A stretch of DNA of 64,000 nt, taken from positions 62,001-126,000 of the forward strand of contig FLMG01002562.1 of NCBI GenBank assembly GCA_900088475.1. The letters run 5' to 3'. The DNA is from Hyphochytrium catenoides. Taxonomy: Eukaryota > Protista > Hyphochytriomycota. The position numbers and the translations under genes are program-made. Under the pieces are notes generated by a model. That model ran no database searches and had not been told where the DNA came from. It saw only the letters and a program-made list of their open reading frames with translations. Position 1 is the first letter of the stretch, and every line of letters starts with the position of its first letter. Of the stretch, positions 1 through 12,039 are shown in pieces.

Positions 1-1859
1 TTATCCGCTGCTGTTGTTCCTTCCGCCGCCGCCCACTCTAAGCGGAAATCTGACGCCAACTGGAGAAAGCTGGAGGCGATGCCTCCTCCACCAGAGCTCC
101 CGAGGCTTCCTCCTTCGCCAGTCTCAACGCCCCCCGATCCCCCAGAACCACTGTGGCTCTTGTAGGCCGTAGCGGTGCTGACTTTCATGGGCTGGCTGGG
201 GAACCAGGGCATGTCGCAGTTCATAGTGACAACCTTGGACAAGCTCCAGCTCGTTATTTCTCGAGTGTCATTGGCACTAAGGACACCAGATCGCTGGTAC
301 CAGAACCGATCTCCGTCTCTAAGCCTAACGAACTGCTCTAGAATGGAACGCGTGAAGAGGGGACCCAAATGCGCTGGCTCGCCGTCTGCACCCACTTCAC
401 GTGCCTCGGCGAGTCCTCCAACCCAACCGTCCACATCCTCTACAGAACGGTAAACAGAGCTCAACCTCTCAGAGACAATGGATTCGCCTGTGAGGTTTTG
501 GAAGTCCTTAGCAGCACGCAGGCCAAACATCTTTCGTGCCACATTGTACGAGGGAAGACCATAATCTCTTCCACGCTGAATGTTCATAGCTGCCAAGTCG
601 TAGGGTGCATCTACGAAGTGGTTGCGCAGATCATCAATCAGTAGCGTGTCTATGGCCTGGTCGACCTTTATGGTCAGCCCCCTAAGAATGGACTCAATGT
701 CGCCTCCGGACTCCAAGATTGCCTTTGTTCTGAAGAAGTTGTCCCTAAGGATCAAGTGCTGGGACGGGCTCTCACTTCCATCTTCTGCTATCCGCAAGAT
801 CAGTGACCCAATGGCGCTATGTCCATATCGGAACGCTGCCCCAACGAAGAAGAGGTCTATATCGGCCGATACCCCGCTATCATACCCTTGATAGGTCGGT
901 AATGGCCTCCCAAGAAGGAGAGGCAGGTACTCCTCATAAGTAATTTTCTGCATCAGAGCCGTAACCCATGCCCGAGCTCGCTGGAAGAGCTTCTCGTCAT
1001 CCCAAGTCTTTCCGACAGTCACTGCCAACTCCATGGCTTTCCGGTTGTGCTCCCTGACTAACAAAGTATGCAACGCTTGCAGGGCAGGATGAACGTTTGC
1101 TCTGGGATCTCCCGCTAGAAAGAGCTTATCAGTGGTATGGGGATCATAGGCAGTGTCCATCAGTGCAGCCGCCTCAGGGCTGTCCACCAGAGGAAGTAGG
1201 ATTGCCTCAGTCTCTGGGTGGATGTACACCTTCAGCTTTCCATCCTGAAAGGAGCGGACAGCATTCATGGTGGCCTCAGAAGCGCCATAGACTACGGAAC
1301 CGTCAATATATGCAGTCTGACTATTCTCTGGGCGTCGCTGCGTGAGCGGCGTATCGTCATCCATCGGTTTTGCCCGTGGAAAGGGAATTGTCACATTTCC
1401 ACTGCAGCTTTCTCTGAACTGCCTGAGCTCACACTGAGAGAAACTCATAGGAATGGCCTCTCCAGTCTTGGACTTGGTGGTGAGCGCGATGTCATGAGCT
1501 ATGAGCTGGCCCCAGTAGGGCAGCAGGTCGCTTACTTGAGCGTGATTTTGCTTGCTGGATTCAGCTCCAAAAACAACGTTTGAGATGAGCCGCGGTGCTG
1601 GCCTTTCTGTGCCACTGGGAGCGCTAATGTTATCGCTGTACGCTGCGGGCATGGAGAGACGTACAAAGGCGCTCTTATAGGCTCCCCATTGTGGGTTAGC
1701 GAGGTTGTTTCCATGTCCTGTCAGCGGCCGGTAGCCAACGGCTGCCGGGCTAATGTCCTCAACTGCCTGCACAACGCTAGCCAATGGGTAGACGACAGAG
1801 ATAGAGATAAAGACTAGAGGTAACATGGCGAAAGAGGAAGGCCATGAAGAGTGGCGCAT
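1..1859 (-). CDS. Secreted animal-type haem peroxidase (peroxidase-cyclooxygenase superfamily), 3'-partial, with a further C-terminal domain starting at the window edge
   Basis: Manual translation gives an uninterrupted frame from ATG 1859 to the window edge; it has no stop codon, so the ORF track omits it. Signal peptide MRHSSWPSSFAMLPLVFISISVVYPLASVVQA. Motifs: YRPLTGHGNNLANPQWG, RPAPRLISN, WGQLIAHDI (distal Gln/His), TAYIDGSVVYG, AGDPRANV (distal Arg), REHNR, AAFRYGHS (proximal His), DLAAMNIQRGRDYGLPSYN, VDGWVGGLAE, QFVRLRDGDRFWY. Confidence 0.93.
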   Translation of the reverse strand, partial: MRHSSWPSSFAMLPLVFISISVVYPLASVVQAVEDISPAAVGYRPLTGHGNNLANPQWGAYKSAFVRLSMPAAYSDNISAPSGTERPAPRLISNVVFGAESSKQNHAQVSDLLPYWGQLIAHDIALTTKSKTGEAIPMSFSQCELRQFRESCSGNVTIPFPRAKPMDDDTPLTQRRPENSQTAYIDGSVVYGASEATMNAVRSFQDGKLKVYIHPETEAILLPLVDSPEAAALMDTAYDPHTTDKLFLAGDPRANVHPALQALHTLLVREHNRKAMELAVTVGKTWDDEKLFQRARAWVTALMQKITYEEYLPLLLGRPLPTYQGYDSGVSADIDLFFVGAAFRYGHSAIGSLILRIAEDGSESPSQHLILRDNFFRTKAILESGGDIESILRGLTIKVDQAIDTLLIDDLRNHFVDAPYDLAAMNIQRGRDYGLPSYNVARKMFGLRAAKDFQNLTGESIVSERLSSVYRSVEDVDGWVGGLAEAREVGADGEPAHLGPLFTRSILEQFVRLRDGDRFWYQRSGVLSANDTREITSWSLSKVVTMNCDMPWFPSQPMKVSTATAYKSHSGSGGSGGVETGEGGSLGSSGGGGIASSFLQLASDFRLEWAAAEGTTAAD

Positions 1860-4800
1860 TTTTCTCTCTTCTAGAGTTCCCTCTTGAAGAAGAAAGCAGA
1901 GGTATTAGGAGAGCTCGCTAGTAATAAAGGTCGCTGGTGGTTAGCGGGTCGCTTTCGTTCACTTCTTATTTGCTTCTTGTTCTTTCTTGTTCGCTGCTCG
2001 AAGTTAAAATTATAGTAGATAGTCCACTGCCCGCAGTGGAGGAGGTCGTCACTGAGGAAGATGCATGCTTATGGAGCAAAAAGAAGAGTAGTGCGTGGAG
2101 CGGGACTATGATGAAGCGGCGGTCCGAATCTCTTTGAGCAGCGCTGAACAATAAATAGAGAGGAATGTCTTCTTCCTAGCTTCGGCGAGGTATTAAGTGA
2201 TCCAATACCGGCGGATCTGGCCTGTGCTCGTACTACGTAGTCTGTCCGGACCTTGATCAGTGTGAGCCGAAGCGCGAAACTAGGAATGAGAACGGCCAAC
2301 TGTTAGTCTTGAGCAAAGGCGAGGAATACCTCTTCTTCCTGTGTATGTGGGAAACGAGGGAGGAAGACGGGAAAACAGAAGCAGAAAGAACAAGAAGAAG
2401 CTAAAGCCAAGATATTATAACGGCAGCTGAAGGAGCACCGTGTGTTTTCTTCTACTTCCCGCCGTCTACGGGATAAGTTGCTCTCATTCTCCCGTACGTG
2501 GAGGTGGAACTACTCTCAATGAAAGGTAAGGCTTGTTAGCGCACCTGTCTTCAAGAAGGACTATTAGGTGCAGAGGCAGATGAAGGCGAGGAGAAATAGA
2601 GTAACCGCCTATATGAAGAGAGATGCAGCAGGTAGCGCCTACATGAAGAGAGAAGTCCGTCGTCGTGAGGAACTCTGTTGAATCGACGAGGAGCCCATGG
2701 ACAGGCTTGACAGAGGGTTCGTAGGGAAGACAGAGAACGAGAAGAAGGAGAGGAGAGAGATTCCCTCGGCAAAGGGTCAGAGTTACTGACGAGTCCTAAG
2801 ACCTTGAAAGAAGGGCCCAGCGATGGTAGAGAGACACGAAATGTAAAGCGGAGGTTACAGAAAGAAGTGAGAAGAGATAAGGAGAGGAGGGTGGGCTGAG
2901 TGACCTCTAGTCTGAACAACGAGACGAAGGAGTGGAGGGCAAGGCACTGGTGACCAGCTGTGGGGATGATACGATGGGCTAGCCATCATTAAGGCCACGT
3001 GAGAGCGGCATAAGTGCACCTGCCATCAACACCGCCAACCAAGCCACCCAGGGCGTAACCGTTGTCTCTTCCTAGTCCCTGATAGCAAGGCAAGGCTTAC
3101 CTTGATTAGGCAGTGAGGCATCTCCTGGCTGTGCACCTTATCACCTACTAAGGACAGAGACTGACAGAGGCAATGAAGCTGATTATGAGTGGCACTTTTA
3201 TGTGAGAGGTCGCGCCGTGCCTTCAACAAGGTCAAGGAAATGACAGGAGAAAGAGAGCAGCCAATCCAGACAGAGCGGAAGTAGAGATCCCTGCAATACC
3301 AATTGAGGGGTTGAGAGATGTGGAAGGAAGGCAAGAGATGGAAGTGAAGGGGCTCAGGTGGACGGGCCGTTACTGATTTACAATGTTGTGTAACCCCCGA
3401 ACCCTATCCACCAATGACACCAGTGCACTACATACAGACAGCATTGTTTTCCCAAGTAATAGATAAGCACTACGGCTCGTAATAATAATAAGGAGCTTTG
3501 GTTCTCATAGAGCTTAGAGCTAGTGCTCGGGGTCCTAACAGCGCTCTTCTATTTTCCTCCTACTTGTCTTTCCATTTTTTGTTGCTTCGCTTGTAATGCG
3601 AGCCTTTCTTTTTATTAGGAGGGAGGCCTCAGGAAAGCGCCGCTAATCTCAGCCTCTCCGATAAGCTGCTTACTGTTCATAAGCGGAGCCTTACTATGAA
3701 AGGATGATTATTCCTCTTCCGTGCCTTCAAGTATAGGGCCCTAGATAATGCTCTACTCATATTCTTCTCTTCTGGTCTTCCATACATACTCTGATCTCTA
3801 TTATTTATCACTTTTGTTACGTCAGATGACCTTCTCCTCCTCCTTCCTTTTTCTTCATAATAGAACCACTAGTGGCAGGGATAATAATAGGAGAACATCT
3901 GATCTACGGGGCTATTCTTCTTATCGTAGCCCATTAGGAAGGGTCACTGGTTAAAGTGAGAATGACGAAGACGGATCAGTGCAAAGAATTGATGATTGTA
4001 TGTGGTGACTACTAGGAAGGATTACTTTATTAGACAGGTCGAGTAAAGTAGTAATAACACTGGTGTTGGCTACGAGTATTATGGGACCTACTACGGCCAC
4101 TAGCCATCACTCAACGTCGTAAAAAAGGGGTCATTTTTCAAGGTCCCAAGTGAACCCATCAAGACCTCGACGGCGTTGTTGTCGTTGGTGAAGCTCCTAC
4201 TACTTATGTTGTTGGTGCTCAACACTCAAGTGGTCTCCCTCATCAGGGTCTAGCTGCCCCCTCCTGCTGCTGCGGTGCCAGAGGTAGTAGCAGGAGGGCG
4301 GGCAGCAGCGTACTACACCCACCCAGAAGCTTCGGCTGAAGCTTACTTCTTTAAGGCCTTGTGCGTGGGAGACTACTTTCTGAGTGAGGAGCTATTTATG
4401 ACGCCCACCGCGAGGATTCGAGGACGCCGCTGGGTTAATGCTAGGGCGACTCACGACGCATGCGGACGTACGGTTCCGTGCTTGTTGCCTCCCCTTGTTC
4501 ACTTGCTCTACGGCCGGTCTCCATCCATCATCTTCAAAAAAGAAGTTTGCATTGATGATGATGCCTTTGCTGAACGCCGGTCCGGATGGACGTTTAGGTC
4601 TCCGAAATAGGAAAGATATGTTCGATTTTTTTTTCCGCTTGTGGCTCACGTTTAGCTGTAATGAGGCTCTTCTTTGTTTCACAGAAAACAACTACGTCCT
4701 TGCTTTGGTAGCCATTATCATAGTAGGTTATTAAGCTACGCTATCTATCCATTAGTGGTAGCTACTCGTAGATAATAGCGATGGTTGGAAACAGCTTCGT

Positions 4801-5609
4801 TCGTTGTAGCCAAAAAACGAGGGCCCACCACCCAGTATGATGCGGCACTATTAACGCTTTATCACCTACTAGGTAACCCCATCATCGTGGAACATCATCA
4901 GAGATTTGCATGGGTAGAAGACGTGAAATAGAGACCACCAGCAGGACAACGCCGCGCATCACGCTCGCCAGTAGACTATTATTTACAGCCACAGCGACCT
5001 CTCCCTGCTGCGACAAACCACTACTCACGCAGCTACTCACGCATGTTCCCAGGGCTGCGGCTGGCAGCACACACCAATCTTATCAGCTCTCATCAATCTT
5101 CATCGTCGGTCCTCCTTCCGACCGAGCATCTGTTCTGGGCTGGAATGGAAGTGCAAGAAGACTGCAAGAAGCAAGAAGTGCCTTCTTTTATCATGCTTCA
5201 TCAGTTGTTCTCGATCACTACAACTGAGCTTCTCCGTCAGGAGGGTTGGACGTTGAAATTGGCCCTTCTGTGGCATGATGGAAAGACCCTTTATGACCCT
5301 TAGCCAGAATCTTAATATCACTATGTTATATCGTAAATACCTCTGCCTTGATGCAGTTGAATTCTGGATATGTATGACGACAGGCTGCATGATCCATCCG
5401 GTATCTTCCCATCGCTCTCTGATTCTGACCTGCCTTGTACATTTTCCTCGGCTCTGTGAAGGACGGAGGAGGATCTTTGTCTGGGCCACTCTTGAAACTC
5501 CATCCGCTACTCGTACCAAGAAGGAGACGGACGTTGTAGAGTTGCTGAGCTCTAGTAGACCAAGTTCCTTGCTAACGTTCAGGGTGAAGATAAGCCCAGA
5601 TATAGAAAG

Positions 5610-6674
5610 ATGACGAAGCCTGCGTATATGGTCGTCGGTGACTGTGGAGGGACGAACACGCGATTGGCAATGTGGGAAATCGATCCTTCTTCACCATCGC
5701 CAAAAAGAGGTGAGCGCGCACCGGGAAAGCTAATCAAGGATCAAAAGTACCTGAATGAAGACCACGAGAGCTTTCTTGAGGTCATGAAGACCTTTATCAA
5801 GGAGTGCAATGGCGTGAAACCAGAGACCGCCTGCCTCGCTTGCGCGGGACCTATCGTAGACAACACGGTGTCGTTCACAAACATCGCTTCTGGGTGGGAG
5901 ATCAACGGCACAAAGCTTGGAAATGAGCTATCCATCCCCGAGGTTAAGCTTCTGAATGATTTCGAAGCTATGGGCTACGGTTTACTTACCCTAAGTGACG
6001 AAGAGTGTTACATCCTGCATAAGGGCGAAGCAAAAGAAGGTGGTGTCATTGCTACTGCTGGAGCGGGAACAGGCTTGGGCGAGTGCTTTCTTACTAAGGA
6101 CCCAAGCGCGGCTTCTTATGTCTGCTGGGCAACTGAAGGTGGTCATACTGATTTCTCTCCTCGCACCGACTTGGAAGTGGAGCTACTTCGCTTTCTCAAG
6201 GCAAAGTTCGTTCACAAGTATCGCGTTTCCCACGAGCGGGTGATCAGTGGCATTGGAATTTCCAACGTGTACGAGTTCCTCTCAGAGAAGTACCCTGACA
6301 AAGTGGATCCCAAGATCCATGAGGAGTGGCAGGCAGCTGACTCAATGAAAGGAGGTGTGATCGCGAAACATGCGAAGTCCGATGCGCTTTGTGAGCAAGC
6401 CCTTCAGATTGTCTTCCAGTGCTTTGCATCGGAGTGCGGTAATGTCTGTCTGAAATATCTTCCTTATGGCGGTTTCTTCATCACTGGAGGACTGGCAGCA
6501 AAGAATGTGGAGTGGATAAAGTCCAAGGTTGACTTTCTAGGGATCATGTTTGATAAGGGCCGCGTGTCTCCTGCGCTGCATAAGATCCCTGTGAAGCTTG
6601 TTTTGACAGAAGATTGCGGCGAAAGGGGTGCTCATTTGGTTGGCTTCAACCTGTTGAAGTCCTTGCATTCTTAG
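5610..6674 (+). CDS. glk: Glucokinase, bacterial-type (Glk family), intronless
   Basis: 354-aa ORF with VGDCGGTNTRLA (phosphate-1 motif), ACAGPI, FTN, LLNDFEAMGYG, GAGTGLGE, EGGHTDF, ERVISGIG, GGFFITGG, DKGR. Confidence 0.95.
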   Translation: MTKPAYMVVGDCGGTNTRLAMWEIDPSSPSPKRGERAPGKLIKDQKYLNEDHESFLEVMKTFIKECNGVKPETACLACAGPIVDNTVSFTNIASGWEINGTKLGNELSIPEVKLLNDFEAMGYGLLTLSDEECYILHKGEAKEGGVIATAGAGTGLGECFLTKDPSAASYVCWATEGGHTDFSPRTDLEVELLRFLKAKFVHKYRVSHERVISGIGISNVYEFLSEKYPDKVDPKIHEEWQAADSMKGGVIAKHAKSDALCEQALQIVFQCFASECGNVCLKYLPYGGFFITGGLAAKNVEWIKSKVDFLGIMFDKGRVSPALHKIPVKLVLTEDCGERGAHLVGFNLLKSLHS

Positions 6675-8559
6675 TGTGTTTCCTTGTTTAGTTATCCAGT
6701 GCCCATAACCTATCCGCCACTAAGTATACCTCCTGCTTCCACCACTCCACATGCACCGCTTCTGCCTATCTTTCTTCAACAAGCTGACCTTCCACTTTGA
6801 TTGACTGATGTCAAGTGCTACGTATCCACCCACCGACCACTGAAGCTTGGGTTACACTAGACTCTCTTCCTCTCTCTTCTGGTGATGTCTGTTCTCTGCG
6901 CCAACCCAATCGACACCATCAGGGGTGGAGACGACTCGAACAGTCGATCTGCATCCTTGACTTGCAGAGGCTGACTTCAGCTGATGGACCCTGACACTTT
7001 GAAGTCTGAAGAGCTTACCATAGCTAGTTGAGTAGTAGAAAGAGTAGGTTGTTGCCAGTTACGGGTATTTTATGCTGCTGAGGCTGCGCGCTGCGAGACC
7101 TAATTATGCAGAGCAGAGTCCAGCCTCAGACACCTGCAGCCCGAGGGGCACAAGTGACTAGAGGTGACGCACTGCGAGACCTTTACCTCACCATCTTTGG
7201 ATGTGGGTGGTCTTGAAGTCTTACTTTCTGATACAGAAGAGGAATGGAGGAGCCAAGCCATCAATTGAGACGGCGGCCAGCGGTTGAAGGAAATTCTTGA
7301 TTTATTTTGATGTCTGGAGTAAAGCATCTCTTTGTTGTGCGGAATGCTTTCACATAGTTCAGCATGAAGGTGCATATAGGATAGAGCACCTTCCGGTCCG
7401 CAGCCGAACCCTCATGCGAACAGCGATGGGCCCTCTCTTTCAAACCTCTTCCTGATGGGCAGAGCTAAAGACTGGAAAACGAGCGACTACGAGTTAAAGG
7501 ACCTTTCTCCCTGAACATTTGCATGAAGAGTCTAGGCATCCTCCGGCTATTAACAAGTGGCTTAACTCTCTTCAATGAGCCACACCTCAGCCATCTCGCC
7601 TTCGTTCTGTCTATTAAGCACAGCATCTTGCTTCGTTTAGTTCTACTAAGAATGCTCAGTGAACTTCCGACCTCTAGTAAGGAACCTATGCCCACGCTGC
7701 CCCAAGCTAATCATCATGGGCTCCGCAGGCTCAAACAACCGAGCTGCAGGCCTCTGCTTGTTGCGCCTCCAGTTTCCAGGCTCATCAGATAACAAAGCTC
7801 TCGAACATGGGCTCTGCTCTGCTTGTGCAACAACTGTGCTACAAGTACTACTGATTGCTGCTGATGGCTCAAAAGAGATTTCCACAAAAAGGTCAAAGGG
7901 ATTCCTCCATTATTGCGATACTTTCACACAGCGCAATATTCCCGGCCTTTGTAATCAATCTTCTCCCAAAGAAAAGTTGCCCAGAGACTGAAAGCTTTAT
8001 TGATTTTTGCATAGCGATGACTCAGCAAAGGAAGGAAGAGCAAGCGTGTTGTTACGACACCAGAAGATGCGGGCAGCTGGGTGCTCTCATCATAAACTTT
8101 CATCATCTCATCATCCATCTTCTCAGCAAAAGGAGGTAAGCTGATCACTCCTCGAGCTTCATGAACCTTGAGTTGTTCACCGACTCGATCTCTATATCGT
8201 GAGCTGCCATAACGCTGCGCCTCTCTCTATCTCCGCCTGGACTTTGCGAGGTGCTCGTTGGGCTTATTAGCTGGTGCTGCTTTGAACTGCCATTGGAGTT
8301 ATTGGGAAGTGACTCTCGTTCAAAGCGAATTGCAATCACCAGCACGTACATGAGAGCAACAGATCAATGATTCGCCGGCCACCATCGCGTATTGAGCTAA
8401 AGGCTGAGGACATCGAGGAGTACGAACAATATATGAGAGAGCAAAAGGACCAGCAGACTGCTGACCCAAACAAGACGAAGGTTGGAAATCATCGGTCCGC
8501 GGGAGATAAGCGGACAACAGCGCAGCGCATAGGACTCAAGAAGTAGCTGTTACTTAGTG

Positions 8560-9045
8560 ATGACGAAGCTGATAGAAGTTGGCTATTGGGGTGGTGACTC
8601 TTCTTCGGATGGGCGGCCACCGCCACAAGAGCTTGTAGACCCAGAGTGGCGCGAGAACCATAAGGATGTCTACGACAAGGTGGTACGATACGTACGTCTC
8701 TCGTTCATCGAATCGTACGAAATGGGTTACTCTCACTGTCGCTTCGGCTGCGATCTCGAGCGCGAAATGGGAGCTTGCAGCCTAACTGACGGGGTGTATG
8801 TCTGGCCTGAAGGCTACTGGCACTACCTCACTGTGCACTCTGTGCGGCCTCCTAAGCCATTTATTGAACATGTTCTAAGACAATATGAAGAGCAGGCTGC
8901 AGTGACGAAGGTCGACAGGCTCTTGATGTGGAACGCGGAGACTAGTACGGCAGAGGTGCTTCCTACCGAGCTGGAGGCATGGATTGTGAAGAACACTACG
9001 CTGGTAGATAGTCTCAAGGAACTCTTTGCTGAAGAATCAATATAA
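8560..9045 (+). CDS. Conserved hypothetical protein with Cys/His motifs (possible metal binding), intronless
   Basis: 161 aa from ATG 8560, with the non-random motif string VGYW...PPPQELVDPEW...ESYEMGYSHCRFGC...MGACSLTDGVYVWPEGYWHYLTVHSVRPP..FIEH. Confidence 0.82.
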   Translation: MTKLIEVGYWGGDSSSDGRPPPQELVDPEWRENHKDVYDKVVRYVRLSFIESYEMGYSHCRFGCDLEREMGACSLTDGVYVWPEGYWHYLTVHSVRPPKPFIEHVLRQYEEQAAVTKVDRLLMWNAETSTAEVLPTELEAWIVKNTTLVDSLKELFAEESI

Positions 9046-10116
9046 ACATTGGTGCGTACTTGCAACCACTGAAGCTACTCAATGCCCTTTGAAGCCGCCG
9101 TAGTCCTAGCGTTCATGTCGTTTACCTTTGGTCCTCTAGAGGCATCTTGTTATGAACGCCTCGCATTTTCTCTTTAGTGAAAGCATGATGAGCTGCTTTG
9201 GACTTCTTGTTGTCTCACTAAAGCAACCGAAAAAAGAGCTATTACGATCGCTCTGCACGTGGAACAATATTCTCATCACCACCTCTTTAAAATAATAATG
9301 ATGATGACGACATCTTCATACCCAGCGTTGCTCGTCACCGTTGGTACCTCAGGCAAGTTGCATCATCCTTTGTAGGAGGCAAAGCGATAAGGAGAAGGCA
9401 GCAGGAGGCTGGAGAGAGAGGTTGAAAAAGTTACGCTGCCTGCAGCTACGACGGCCTTGGGGGGTGAGAAACATCATCATTTTCCCATTATCAAAGGCAC
9501 TTGCTCTTTGACTTTATCAGGCTCGTGATAATCATACATAAGACTACTCTAGAATCCTCGAAAGGTTATCTTTCTTTCATAAATAATAGTATGCGTCAGA
9601 TGGTGGGGGGTTTTACTATGAAGACTCCGTTGCTTTCACAACTAGTAATAGCACTCAAACCTTCATTTGGCCAACCCCCAGGACTAAAATAATAAGTACT
9701 TCTAAGAGTAAAATAATAGTCCTTCATTTAGTTAGAGGTAATATGTTAGGTTGCCTCATAGTAATACCGTTAGCCTCGGTGTAGTAATGAGATGATTGGT
9801 GGTGGCCATTGAAATTACGTGAGAGCGAGTCCTACTTTCGAGAAAGAGGAACCCAGAGATGGCAAGAGATACCTTAGCATGATACTGTGTTGGTACCGCG
9901 GACGAGACAGAGAGAGACAGAGAGAAAAGAGAGGTTCTGTTGGTAGAGAAGGTTGGTGAGGGAGCAGATGAGGCGCGGCACTCACTGGCTGCTGAGGGCG
10001 CGCGGCTGGCGCTGAATTATCGCCAAGAAGCTGCGCTTCGCTTCGCTATCGGTCTTCATTAGCCACTGCAGGAGAAGAGAAGCTTCACGGTACCGAGAAC
10101 ACCGTCATTCACAACC

Positions 10117-11335
<1,219 letters not shown>

Positions 11336-12039
11336 GCTGCTTTTCTTTTCTCCTCCCTCTGTAGACCAGAACCCATCTGTTTATCACTGCGGCCACGCTT
11401 CTCTTTCTCATGGCTATGAAATAAAAGCAGGAGTCTTACTCGGTCCCATTCTATGCCCGCTCCCCTCCACGCCTCTTAGTCTTTGCTGTTCTCCATCCCT
11501 CTTCCGGTCTGTATGCTTTGTCTTGCAGACGCATCGAATGGTCCTTCAGCCCTCTTTCTTTGACTGTACTGGATTGAGCTTCGTCCTTGGTAACGTCCCC
11601 TGATCTTATTTTATATCTGACTCTTTGTCTCACTGCCTTCCTCTTTATAATGTTTTAACTCCGTCAACTTCTTTCTTTCCTTTTTGCTCGTGCTCTGATC
11701 AAGTTCCGCAGTGTTAGACTCCTACAAATTGCACAGGTGTATAGCTTGGGAAGTGTAGATAGATTATATGTTAGACTTTACGTCGTAGAACTCTTCTCCC
11801 GTAGGCGCATAGAACTTCCTGCGGGTGATAGCGGTCCTGTTCCGCCCTTACTTCCTCCATCCCTACCGTCGCCCTGATCCTTCCTACTAGTGATCATACT
11901 GTCTCGTCGCCCTTGCCACCTTGTTCGCTCTCTTCCTTTTGGGTCAACATATGTATGCTGTCAGGGACCAAAGGAATAAAATTCCAATCTCCCCACATAT
12001 TCGCTTCGCGATGGGAAACTTTTGCACGAATAGCAGAAC

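Noticed and set aside
2551-3400. ORFs upstream of the peroxidase, and a short duplication of about 30 bp near 2600-2655
   Set aside because: No domain motifs, termini or coherent splice model were found.
5610-6674. Bacterial-type glucokinase as a recent HGT or contamination
   Set aside because: Glk-type glucokinases are the normal hexose kinases of several protist groups, including stramenopiles, and the gene is embedded in eukaryotic sequence.
8145-8492. Possible membrane-protein pseudogene fragment on the - strand (MISNLRLVWVSSLLVLLLSHILFVLL...MYVLVIAIRF..., with two in-frame stops)
   Set aside because: No recognisable family, so it cannot be distinguished from chance hydrophobic sequence.
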